Of a stretch of 64,000 nucleotides of DNA, positions 25,461 to 38,031 are shown piece after piece. The position numbers and the translations under genes were made by a program. Under the pieces are notes generated by a model that did not search any database, had not been told where the DNA came from, and saw only the letters and a program-made list of their open reading frames with translations. Source of the stretch: Ginglymostoma cirratum (Eukaryota); NCBI GenBank assembly GCA_024137785.1, contig JAHRHZ010000270.1, positions 11,720,788-11,784,787 on the forward strand, in the 5' to 3' direction. How positions within the stretch are numbered: position 1 is the stretch's first letter; every line of letters begins with the position of its first letter.

Positions 25461-28255
25461 AAGTCATTTAGGAACTTCTTCCCTCAGTGTAGTGGATCGT
25501 TGGAATTAACCCCTCCAGAGAGCTTGGGAAGCTCAGTTAGTAAGTTTAAGAGATTGGTTGATAGATTCATAGTTACTAATGACATTAGGTGAGGTTGTTA
25601 AGTGAGCTACAGATCTTTGCCAAAATTTTAATGACATTAAGTGATATATGGGGATAGTGCAGGGAAGTGGTAGTGAGGTAAATGATCAGCCATGATCTAG
25701 ATTGCAAAGCAGGCTCAAGGGCTGTATGGTATAACTGTGCTGATATGTTTCAATGTTCCCTGAAGGTGCAGTCCCTTGTTAGGGAACAACTGCAAAGGTG
25801 GCTATCATCTACTGTATCAAACAATCCCCTATCCTTCAAAAATCACATACTCAGTAGATCTGTCCAGGCAATTTGTTTGCATACAGCGTCACAACTGAGA
25901 CCTATTTCAACCTCTTCAATTGCCAATGAAAACACAATTCCACCCAACTTTATAAGACTGATCAAGAAATTGTATTATTTTTATTCAATTTTGCAAAAAG
26001 CACAGGACCAAGTCACACAAAACACAATGGCATGAACTTATGAGTCCCAAGAGTTACATACCAATGACACTCCTGGGTTCTCCAAAATATTATACCTCAT
26101 GACTCACTTCAAAACAATTCCTCCTTGAAAAACAACAACTTTTAAAAACAGCACAGCATCAGATTTTTTAAGTATTGTCAGCAATATCCACATGCCAGGA
26201 AAGAGTAAGTGTAACTAAAAGCTATGATTCTGTATTAAAACACTTGGATAATAAATACAAAGTTCAGTTTGTAAAAGGAAGATACAGCTGAATTCTAGAA
26301 AAGATGCCAAGATTGGTGCCCAATGCACTGATTTCAGCCTGAACAAGAGTGGCAATACTACAATTAGCCTTCCATCAGCATCCGTGGAAGGGAAGAGGCA
26401 ACATATTCATTAGTGTACTTTGCTGCAAAGTCCACTGTAGCAGAGTGAACCACTGTCGAGCTGCAAATTGAGCAAAAACTGTTCAATGAGCCGCCAGATG
26501 ATGAGCAGCACCCATGGAAATGTTCTCAGTAGCATTCAACATCTTTAACACAAAGAGTTCATGCAAAATTGGTAAAGTAGCCTGGATCTGCAGCAAGAAA
26601 ATAAATTCCATCTGTCTTTCACTTTGATTCCCATATTCTTCTGGTTGGAATTCATGCTCTAACCAACATCAAACACCCACTAACTTGAAAGAGATGGTGT
26701 CACTTGAAAAATGCCAAAACCTCAGATATAAAGTAATTCAGAAGTTAAACAATTAATTTGGTCGCTGAATGTTTTAAGTAACCCACTCTAAGGCCTTTGA
26801 AGAGAATATTTCTCCCAAATGTGTTGTTTTGTTGTTATTAAAATAGTATTCTGCAAATAAAACTATAGCTAACAATTTGTTAGAATCCTTATTGCTGGTG
26901 GGAATACAAAGGATACTGGGATGGAGCTAAGGTCCTGGCCCACACTCCAACATGATGTGAACTAAGAAATAGTGAAAGATTATGACTGCCTTCCCTTCCA
27001 CACGTTCAAAAATTAAACTTCCCAACTTGCTGAAATGGTACTGGAAAGCTTTATGTTTTTAAATAATATGTTTGTAATATGCTGATGTTTTAATATTTAT
27101 GCAAATTATAATGCTATCTCTATACAAGATGGCAAATCAAAGTTAAATAAGCTAATTGGGAAAGCATATATTGGAAGATAGACACTTCAGGTATAGTTAG
27201 AATATTAATGAAAAACATGTACGTCACTTTTGTGACAAATCCTGGACTGAACAGAGCTTCATATTCATTAGGACAATTGTTCAGAGTGTGTGGCATATCT
27301 CACAACAGCCTGAATAAGGTTTCGCAGCTCAGAAAACTGCTAAAATAGAACTTTACAAAAACACAGTGAATAAAAAGCATGCAAAAAGTGTGCACCCACC
27401 CCCAACCCTCTCCAATATTGTTCAGAATTGAACAGTGTGTCATCTTTCCTTCCCCGGTCTTCACATTTCAGTAAACAGGACCACAGCTGGAGAACTCTGT
27501 CTTATGATCATCGTTACCCTATTAACTCCTGCCTATTGCAGCATTTCAATTAACTGGCAGCGCAAACAACGTCTCCGTGAAAATGTCTGCACATACGCCT
27601 CTGTTACGGCAAAATACTATACTTTTCAAACTTAACATGTTGTAGCACAGCTCACACAGCACTATCAGGGACAGTAAAAATAAGGTACCTGGAGAAGCTT
27701 TTGGTTTTGTACATAGTTTTCATTGTCCTACTTATCACCTATCACATTTCATGCTACCTCCTATCCACAACCAAACATAACAAAATCAAGAATATCAACT
27801 AAGAAAATATAAAACATAGTGAGACAATGTCTTTAAATTCCAAAATGTTGGTTGTCGTAAAATATTTTACACTTCAAAACAGCATTAATTTCTGCTCAAG
27901 TAATGTAATAACCTGAACTTTTTCCTGCAATTGAAAAGTATATTGTTACATGATGTCTGGTGTAAATAATAATCAATTTGAATTTATTTATTTCCACATA
28001 AAGTTATAGCTTTGCAACTTTAGCATCAGGTCCCAAAAGTTGTGCTCCATTATCATTCATAGTGCTAGCCATATCAAGGCATGATTGATTCAGTTCTGAC
28101 TTCATTCCAGTGAAGAATTTGGATTTAATGGAAAAAGTAGAATATTCTGTCTGTACAAGGAGAAAATGTTTGCATTTCTCTCTTTAACATGATAACATTC
28201 TTCTTAATTCCCTAAAGGGGAGTTCTTTTTTTCAATCTAGTGTTCTTACGCTTAC

Positions 28256-28387
28256 CTTCATCACGTTTTCTCTTGTTATTCTCAGCACTGGAAGGTGTGA
28301 TTCCCAGAATGCCACTGATAGAGTAGGAAGATCCCGCAGGGTCAGTGGCAGCAGATGGAACAGGAGTCACTGCCACTGTGCTTGGTG
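28256..28387 (-). CDS. pax5: Pax5 exon 5 with octapeptide ([44 protein letters not shown])
   Basis: 132 bp. ACACAG acceptor and G|GTAAG donor. The octapeptide YSISGILG (Pax5 type; Pax2 has YSINGILG) and the basic NKRKRDE motif are present. Confidence 0.96.
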
Positions 28388-30544
28388 CTGTGTAAAACAA
28401 CAACAGCAAGATTTAGACAGAATAGAAAAAGAAACTACCCAGATCTGGAACTTCCTCCTACGTGAAACCAATCCTGAGATTGAGTTTCAAAATAATCACC
28501 ACAGAAAGCCATCTCCTACACTCAGGATGAACGACATTTGGATTGCAGACACCCAATGCTGGAGAGGAGAAGTAAACCTGATCTGCAGCCACAGTGGTAA
28601 ACTTAACTCAAATCGAAATATGCATTGTTTTGTCAAAGGCATTCAACTCTATGCATCTGGTCTTCTTTCATCATTAAGTTGACAATGATAAGAATAATAT
28701 TTTTTTCCTAGAATTCACAGGTGGATCCCAACATTTGTGGCAGGACTTATGGCCTATGGATTTTCCAGCCCTAGTTTTCTCATTTGAATATAAGAGCAGC
28801 CAAACCACTCATCAGGAAACATCTGAAAGTCAAACAGTTAACACAACTGGCTCTACGGTCCATTTATAATTGATTTTGCCTTACTGTAGCCCCACACTAG
28901 TTATGTTTAACCAATGTAGCAGTCTCTGTGTTGCTTTGTCTTAATTAATTGAACACAAAACTTCCAACCTAACGATCCTGATTTTGAAGATATTCAGAAA
29001 TTAATCCATTGAAACTATGAGAAGTTATGTATATTCAACTATTGAACCCATTAGAAACTTTGGATATTGGTCTGTTGAATCTATTAGAAGCCAATGGAAA
29101 TTGGTCAATGAAATCAATTTCTTTGCTTGCGTTGGCTTTGCCAGTCTCTAAATTGGTCATTCCATTGAAAGGAATGAACTGCACTTAATAATTTATCCAC
29201 AGTCAATACTATATTATAGTACGATACTGTGTACAGGCAAACTATCTGCTGAAGTTCACCGTCTAAGCTAGCACATAAAGACACTCGATTGAGGTACTGA
29301 AGATCTAACTACCAGTGAAACCAACATGAAGCACCATCTTCAGGAAAGGTAGTGAGAATGGAAAGGGAGTTCTTCAATGAAACCTTAATAACCTTAAGTA
29401 CCATTGTGCCTAAAACAACCACTTTACAGCATAGTCAATGCAGAGCTTAGCAATCGATGATCCATCAGTGCTGTAAAGCATAAACATACAGGAGCACAGA
29501 GAGTTATGCTTAAAATTTATGAATTAAAATTTTAATAGAAACCTGAATCTCATGCTGAGAACTCCAAAGACACAATCAACACAGGAGAACAGGAATTAAA
29601 AGAAAAGAAAAAAAACTTTCATAACTCCTTAGTACCTAATGATGCAGAAAATGTAATGAATAGTCCCCTTTGTGAATTTATTACTTTAATTACATCACAT
29701 TCAATGGCCATTCTATTGCTGCTTTAAATTTTAGATTTCAATTTTGTATTACAATATGAAATCTTTTTATCATAATAATCGTCAGACTTCAGAACCCAAG
29801 TTATATTGGCAAATTTCATTTGAAGTATTAAGTTGCTTAGAAATACAGAGGCAATTGAGAATTTGAGCGTTCTGATTGTTAAACAGAGAAACCCAACCAT
29901 AATAACAATCAGTTATTGCTCAAATGAGTAGTAACTAATTAGAGGTTAATCCTCCTATCATGTTTTCAGATCAGTCTGATCAAGGATGAATACAATAGTG
30001 GCCTAATGTGTATTCATATCAAGGCTAGGCATGGCCAGGTGCAGGAGATGAGTTTTCATGAGATACGGTGGGCTATCAGCAGTAACAGAATTGTATTCGA
30101 TCACTATCTGTAGCCTCATAGTCCAGCACATTCCTCATTCTATCTTTACTAGCAACACAGGGATATTACCAGGGATGCACATTGATCTAAATATTAACTA
30201 GAAGACAATCAACTCAATGAATGACTTTACTTGGTCTGATCTGCTAGTCTTCCAGGGCAAAGAGCTGTTTTAGACTGAGTATTGCAGACTGGTATATTCC
30301 AAGGTAAAAGACTATTTGCTGAGAAAAGGACCAAAGCATGGGACAACTGCTGTAAAGACTAAATGGGAAAGCCATTGACTAAAGCCTTTCCACCATAGTA
30401 TAGCAAGAGACTGAGAACAATGTAAAGTACTTTAGGTTGTTTATACCAAAGAAGGTTTGACAGAAACTATAAATGAACATTGTAAGTTTAAACTTCCATG
30501 TCAAGGCTATTGAGGAACCCAATGTACAATATTGAAAGAAACTT

Positions 30545-30952
30545 AGAGATGGCAAGAACTGCAGGTGCCAGAGTCAGAATCGATACAGTGCAGAGCTGGA
30601 GGAGCACAGCAGGTCAGGCAGCATCAGAGGAGCAGGAGAGTCGATGTTTCAGGCCTAGACCCTTCATGAGGGGTAAGGGATGTGGAAAATAAATAGAGGG
30701 GAGAGGGGTGGGGCTGGGGGAAGGTAGGTGGGATGGCAATGGGTGAATACAGTTAGGGGTTAGTGGGGATTGGTCAGTGGGAAGGGTGAGGCAGATAGGT
30801 AGGGAAGGAAATAGATAGGTAGTGTCAGGTCAAGGAAGCAGGGATGAGAGGGAAAGTTGGACATGGGCTGAGGCCAGGGGTGGGGAGATTTTGAAACTGA
30901 TGAATTCTCTGTTTAGGCCATCAGGCTGTAGGCTCCTGAGGCGGAATATGAA
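30545..30952 (-). mobile_element. PLE 3' fragment (GIY-YIG C-terminus plus terminal repeat)
   Basis: Minus-strand peptide IFRLRSLQPDGLNREFISFKIS is homologous to 54945-55005. The terminus is homologous to the fold-back arms. Confidence 0.8.
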
Positions 30953-31149
30953 ACTTAACTGCACTTGTTTAATGTCAAATTGAACTACTTTTTTATTGAA
31001 CTTCTGCAAATTTTTCGAATAAAGTATGTTTTTGAAAAAATGATTCCCATCAATATAAGGAACCCACATGGTTTAAAAAAGCAGTGTAGAAGAGCTTGAA
31101 AGGATGTACCAAAATTTTAGATGCAATCTGGCAAAGGTATTACACAGGT

Positions 31150-32285
31150 CTGCATACATGCAGAACAGCAGAAGCAGCATGAGATAGACAGAGTGAAATG
31201 ATTTTACAACCAATGCATCATTTCAAAACTCTGTATCACATCCAATCATGAATGGTGGTGGACAATTAGCTAACCTCTTGTGAACATCTGCAACCTCAAT
31301 TATGGCAGAGCCCTTTGCCCAATGACAAAATTCAAGGTTGCAGCATTTACAACCATCTTCAGCCAAAAGTACTACAGGTGTTCCATTTTGACCACTTCTT
31401 CAGGTACCCACCATGAACAGAAGTCTATCTTCAGCCAATTTCATTCACTCGATATGATACCAAGGAACAGCTGATCACACTGGCTTCAGCACAGGTTAGG
31501 GACCCTGACAACATGCCAGCCTCAGTCTGGCTGATCCAGCAGTTACAATCCCTGCACTACCCGACAATATGGAAATAGCCTGGGCATATCCTATCCACAA
31601 AAGGCAGGCTAATCAGGGGAAACATTCTTCACTAATAGGAGGCATATGTATCACAAAGGCAGATGGTTTTGTTTGTTAAAGGCCAATCAGCTGAGCTCCA
31701 GGGCATTTCCACAGGATCTGCTCAGGACAGCATCCTAAGCTAAATCATTTTTAGCTTCTTTGTTAATGATCTTACTTCTATCATAAGGTCAGGTGTGGAA
31801 ATTTTCATTGATCATTGCACACTGTTCACCTCCATATACAATTCCTCAGATAATGAAACAGACCTTCCCCATACGTTGCAAGATCTTGACAATATGTGTA
31901 CATGGACTGATAAGCAGCAAGTAACATTCATGCCCCACAAGTGCCAGGCAATGGCCATATCCAACAAGAGAAAGTGTAATCCCCTTCCCTTGATATTAAT
32001 TGAAATTACCATTGTCAAATGTCCCATGATCAAAATCCTGCTGGCTGCCATTGACCAAAAATTTGACTGAACCAGCCACAAAAATCCTATGGCTACAAGA
32101 GCAAGTCAGAAGCTGGGAGTTATTGCGATTCACCACCTGTCTCGCCAAAGCCATCCCACCCTCTACAAGGCAGAAGTCAGGAGTATGATTGAATACTTTC
32201 CAGTTGCCAGAATAAGTTCAGCTACAACGATACTATGAAAAGGCAATAGCATCCAGGAGATGAGATGGCTGTCTTGATTATGCTG
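31150..32285 (+). mobile_element. Old CR1/L2-clade LINE RT fragment
   Basis: ORF 31795 (IFIDHCTLF…LQDLDNMCTWTDKQQVTFMPHKCQAM) resembles an RT FADD motif and thumb region. Confidence 0.7.
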
Positions 32286-32501
32286 TTTTCAGGCAAACAA
32301 GGTGAACGCGGAGTGCATGGGGTGGAGGTCACAACAAACAACACAGGAAGGATTTGGACAGACAGCAAGAATGACTTCCTACAGAGCTAAGGGCTCATTG
32401 TAGATATCATTTAATCCTGAGATAAAATATCAGATTTTTCAAAGATTTAAAGCAATACCATTCTAACAGAGGGCAAGTGATATAATAGCAATGATTCTCA
32501 C

Positions 32502-32566
32502 CTATAGTATGGGATGTCACTGGCGATTGCTGGTTTGGAGGCTGCTGCACCTTTGTTCGAATAATC
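32502..32566 (-). CDS. pax5: Pax5 exon 4 ([21 protein letters not shown])
   Basis: 65 bp. TTCAG acceptor and G|GTGAG donor. Resembles mammalian Pax5 [21 protein letters not shown], and the phases fit exons 3 and 5. Confidence 0.96.
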
Positions 32567-32999
32567 CTGAATAAAGGTAAATTAATTAAAGATAATCAAT
32601 TTTCAAGAACCCATTGTTAAAAAGAAAAAAAATTTAAATAACCCCTAATCAGGAATTTTCTACAAACTCTTTTAATGCCATGTTTCTCTTCGAGTTATGT
32701 GTGAAATTCCTAACATGGCAATTTTTGCAAAATAAATAGCCTATGCATGTTTCAAGCAGTGAATTTACTGTGTATTTCTTTACCCTTCCCTTGTGTAAAC
32801 TTGCTCCATGCCTCAATCAAGTGTAATGGAGCCCAATAGCTCCCAAGTTGTGATGTGTGCACTGTGGAGCTGGAGAGCTAGACATGAAGATTAAATTAAG
32901 TATCCACTATGAAAGAACCTTTCACCTTTTCAGAGTGGTACACAGTGATTCACAAGTAACAAATTATTTTTTAGATGTTGTCACTGTTTTAATGCAGGC

Positions 33000-33330
33000 A
33001 AACACGGCAGTCTATTGTCACTGTTTACAGAAACAACAAGCGAAATGAATGATCAGACATTTTGTCTTTCATGGTGTTGAAATATGAATATCAGCCACAA
33101 TACCAGAGGAGTCCTGGTCTTCAGAAAAAGTACAATGGATCATTTAAGTCCAACTGAAAGGCAAACTGATTTTTTTTTTAATTGTCTCATTCAAAGGACT
33201 GCATCTTTGATAGTAAAGTACTAAATTAAGTGTCGGCAGAGATAATGCTCTTAAACCTGATGTGTATTTTAATCTCTGACTTTCTACTTCAGAGGTGACA
33301 GTACTCGCTTTGCGCCAAGGCTGATACTAG
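33000..33330 (-). mobile_element. Deu-domain SINE fragment
   Basis: Colinear with 33570-33980. Confidence 0.5.
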
Positions 33331-33569
33331 GCTGCCCACCCCACGTGCCGTTCATTTGGAATGTAGGACTATTGTAGCTTGTCAGTTTTCTAGGATAAAT
33401 AGCTGTGTTTGTAAAACTATATTCCACTGGTGAGGCAGTATGACCTCTGCCTAAATTTTCCGTTTTCTGGAATTTTGGGAATACTCTGCTGGAAGTAAGG
33501 TAAATATCTCTTTTACAAAGAGATATGTTGAGATGTAATATTTCTTTAACTTAATCTGTTTATTGTAAA

Positions 33570-33980
33570 AGAAACCTCACATTTATATTGACCACAGCAC
33601 ATCCTAATGCAATTTAAAACCTATGAAGAACTCTTACAGCATAATAATGCAGAGAAAGTGTCAGTCAATATGTACATAGCAAGTCCCTTAAACAGCAATG
33701 TGGCAATAACCAAATAATCATTTTTTATGGTATTGACTAAGCAATAAATATTGGCCAGCACACCAGGAATAACTCGCTACTCTCCTTCAAAATAATACCT
33801 TGGAGAGAAGGCAGCACCTCAGTTTAATGCCTCGTCTGAAGGACAGAACCACCTACAGAGTAGGTCGCCCTCAGTATTGCACTTTAGTGTCAGCCTAGAT
33901 TTTTTGGAGAATTGGAGAGGGCTTGAATCCACAATATTAGGACTTATTAGGCAAATGTGCTACAAAGTGAGCCACAGAAG
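33570..33980 (-). mobile_element. Deu-domain SINE
   Basis: Reverse complement of the 5148 copy (aaatattggccagcacaccagg…ccctcagtattgcac…gagccaca). Confidence 0.65.
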
Positions 33981-35604
33981 ATACTACTCCTTTATACTCA
34001 TGTAAATAATCAAGCACTGCAACACAAACTATTGGCCACTATTGCTGCTACGCAGTACTGGTCCTGTTCTATTTCTGAAAGTTAGTACAAAGCCAGTTTT
34101 ATAGACATGCTATTACAGTGTTTGATACATTTTAAAACATTTATTACACTGCAGCATAGATTTTTGTGCTCCAGTACTGGAGTGTGCTTGAATCCATAGT
34201 CTTATGGTCATAAGACAAACATGCTACAAATTGAGCCACAGAAGACATGGAATTTAATGTAAAGAATCAAGTTTTTAAATCAGTACAGCCCAAAGTATGA
34301 CCTGCTAGTGCTGCAATGCAATGAAACAGTGCAATAAAACTTGAGAATTACAGATGGTGAATCTCATTCCTGCCTTTAATAGTGGGCCAGCTAGGAGGAT
34401 CACATTAAATGAGTATTCTTCCTTTTTGTATCTAACTGCTTTCACATTGATTTCTTTTTATAAATTGACACTTGGCTGATGCACATTTTCTTGTGGCTTT
34501 GATCATTTCTATCTTTCCTCCATTTGCTTCAACGTACCCATAACAAATGTCATGAAAATACAGCTTGAAAATTTTCATTATGTTAAGAGGGCTGCACGTT
34601 AGAGCAAATCTTTATTTAAAGAGGAGGGACACTTTTGCTGAATCTGGTGTGGGGAAGTGAGATAGTCAAGTTTAGCAAGTAGTCAGTAGGTGACTATCTA
34701 GTACACAATGATCCTATGAGTTAATAAGGCTACACAATAGAATAAAAAGCATCCCAGAATAAAATGCTTGCTTGTTGGATTTCCAGAGAGTTGGAAAGGG
34801 ATCTGGCTCAGATAAATTGAAATAAACAATTGACAGACAAAACTGTAATCAGTCGGCATCCTTTAACAAAGAGGTAGTCTGAACACAGTTTAGGTAAATT
34901 CCAAAGAGGGTAGAAAGCACGGCAACCAAAATCAAAACTCTCTGGACAATGAAATTGATAGAGATTAAAATGAAGCAGAAAAAGTTTATGTGTGACAGAT
35001 GTCACGTTTATGACACAAGAGAGAACCAGGCTAAATAGGGAAAGTTCAGAGGGCGTGTCAAAAGTGAGATAAGAGAGTATGTGAGTAAGATAGACAGCTA
35101 ACATAATAGACAATCAAAACAGCAAATAAATAATCAACATGTGATAGGAGGAGGGATGGGTCAGGTTACAGATCAAAAATGAAAAACATAGATGGGGCAG
35201 CGGACATGGCTAAAATAATACTTGTCTTTGTCTTTATTAAAAAAGAACAACCAAAGTCACAGTGAAAGAGGAGAGGCCTGGCATACTGAATGGATTGAAC
35301 ATTGACAAAGAGAAGGTATTGGCTGAATGGATGGAAAGTAGGTATAAAGAAGGTGGTGCCAGAGTACTTTCAGATTGTGATTGTTACACAACCTGTTCTT
35401 CAATGAGGAGAAGTATAAACATGCATTTATGGGTTAATCAGTTTGACATCAGTGGTGCTGAAGCTTTTAGATAAGATAATCCAGCCAAAATGAATAACCA
35501 CCTGGACAGTATGGATTAAGTGCGGACAGCTAGCACAGAGTTGTTAAAGCTAAATCATGTTTAATCACTTGAATGAGTTTGTTGATGGGGTAACAGAGAG
35601 ATTT

Positions 35605-36470
35605 AGAGTCATTGAGCCATAGAGTGATACAGCATGGAAACAGACTCTTTGGTCCAACTAGTCCATGCCAACAACATTCCCAAATAAACTAGTCCCACTT
35701 GCCCATGTTCAGCCCATATCTCTCCAAACCTTGCCTATTCATGTACTTATCCAAATGTCTTTTAAATGTTGTAAGTGTACCTGCATCCTTCACTTCTTCT
35801 GCCAGTTCATTTCACACACAAACCATTCTCTGTATAAAAATGTTACCCCTCATGTTCTTTTTAAAATTTTCTTCTCTCACCTATGGCCCCTGGTTTTGAA
35901 CTCTCCCACCCTATGGAAAAGACCCTTGTTATTTACCTTATCTATGCTCCTCATGATTTTGTAAACATTTATAAGATCACCCTTCAACCTCCAAAGATCC
36001 AGTAAAAAATGTCCCATCCTATCCAGCCTATTTTTATGACTCAACTCTCCATTCCTGGCAACTTCCTGGTAAATCTGTTCTGAACCCTCTCCAGCTTGAT
36101 AATATTCTTCCCATAACTGGGCTTCTAGAACTGCACACTGTATTCCAGAAGAGGCCTCACCAACATCCTGTACAATCTCAACATGACATCCCAACTCCTA
36201 TACTCAAAGGTTTGAGCAATGAAGGCAAGTATGCTAAAAGCCTTCTTAACCATCCTGTCTACCTGATCCCCTAGGTGTATTTGCTCTACCACACTACTCG
36301 GGGAAGTGCCATTAATAGCATAAGTCCTGCTCTTGTTTGTTTTGCCAAAATGCAATACCTCACATTTATCCAAATTAAACTCCATCTTTCGTTCCTCAGT
36401 CCATTGACACAATTGATCAAGACCCCTTCGTAATCTTAGATAACCTTCTTCACTGTCCACTATACTACCA
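35605..36470 (-). mobile_element. Younger CR1 LINE 3' part nested in an older plus-strand CR1 (~35260-36740)
   Basis: ORF 36125-36538 (MEFNLDKCEVLHFG…LYRMLVRPLLEYSVQF) and ORF 35877 (LKGDLINVYKIMR). The older copy resumes after 36470 (aaagggcatttgataaaatgccac). Confidence 0.85.
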
Positions 36471-37827
36471 ATTTGATGAGAGTAATGTGGTTGATCAAGA
36501 ATACAGGGACTCCCAAAGGGCATTTGATAAAATGCCACACAGCAGGCTTGTCAATAAAGTTGAAGCTTACCAAATCAAAAGGAGCAATGACAGCAGGGAT
36601 ATGGAATTGGCCATAGGATAGAAAACAGTGAGTAGTGGTGAATAGTTACTTTCAGACTGAAGGGTGGCTCTTCCAGAATCCTGAACTCCTGAATGAATGC
36701 ATAACAGGCTCCTTTTGTCCTATAGCAATTCTATGATTCTACTTCAGTTTTGAGGACCCAGAAAGGATCATTTAAAGAAGCAGACTCAGTAGGGTCAGTT
36801 AACACTTTTAATTTTAATGCACCACAGATGTAAGTAGGTGGAAAGAAATTTCGGATGGTCTATCTGTAGCTTAGAAGAAAAGGAGGAAAGAAAGTTAACA
36901 AGGGAATTGGCTGTAGTAGTACAGATGATAGAACGAATGGTAGAAATTCAATGCTCGAAGTGAGAGAGGGATGTTGAGCTACCGAAGAGCACAAGAAAGA
37001 GATTTTGGAACAGTATTCAATTGTTTCTTGTGTTCTTTTAACCAACTTGAGCAAATGAGAATGAAGGTTCATTGATGAATGACTCTTTGTATGAAAGTGA
37101 AAAATTATGCTTCAAGAAGACAACCTCAGCCATGGAGAAGTGAATGTAACATTTGTCTTCATGTCAGATATTTAACCACAAATATGAAAAACTATCAAAG
37201 GAGTCAAAGATTAGATCACTATTCAGATTTATGACAGATATGGTGAACCTAACTTTTAAAAATCATAAGAAACTATTTTAAGGATCCCAGGATGAAAGGC
37301 AGGAGGAAGATACAGCCATAATGACCCAGCTTTGTACAATTAAAGAAAAACAGTTGTCAATGCCAAAAGTGATCAATCAGAAGGAGGTAAATGCATGTAG
37401 CAAGAAAAAAGTCATCAAGGTTGCATGGTGACAGAGAGAAGTAACTGATATTAAGAAGAAATTGAGTAGGAAAGAAGGCAATGCCGTGGAAAGCCACTGT
37501 ATAGAATGACAGAGTTACAGGATGAGAAATAACCACTTGGGCATGACATCAGACTGTACTAGAACCTGTATAGTTGTACCTCAATTAAGATCTAATACTT
37601 CAAAAGATGAAATGGGAATCTGGGAAAATTAAATATATTTTTTGTTATATACATAATATTTAGTTTACCAAACTTCTTAAAATTAGTGTTAACAGCTTTT
37701 TATTTTCTATTTCCTTTGTCCATCTATTCCAGTCCCATTTACAAACTGCTGAAACACAATAAAGTTGCTGCATAGACTGAGAACAATAATGTGAATCAAT
37801 GTTGGGCAGTGCACCCCCTATGGGTCA

Positions 37828-38031
<204 letters not shown>

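Noticed and set aside
1-28255. Pax5 exon 6 (…GRDFLRKQ…)
   Set aside because: Not found by eye or in the ORF track. It probably lies beyond the window's left edge, though a miss cannot be excluded.
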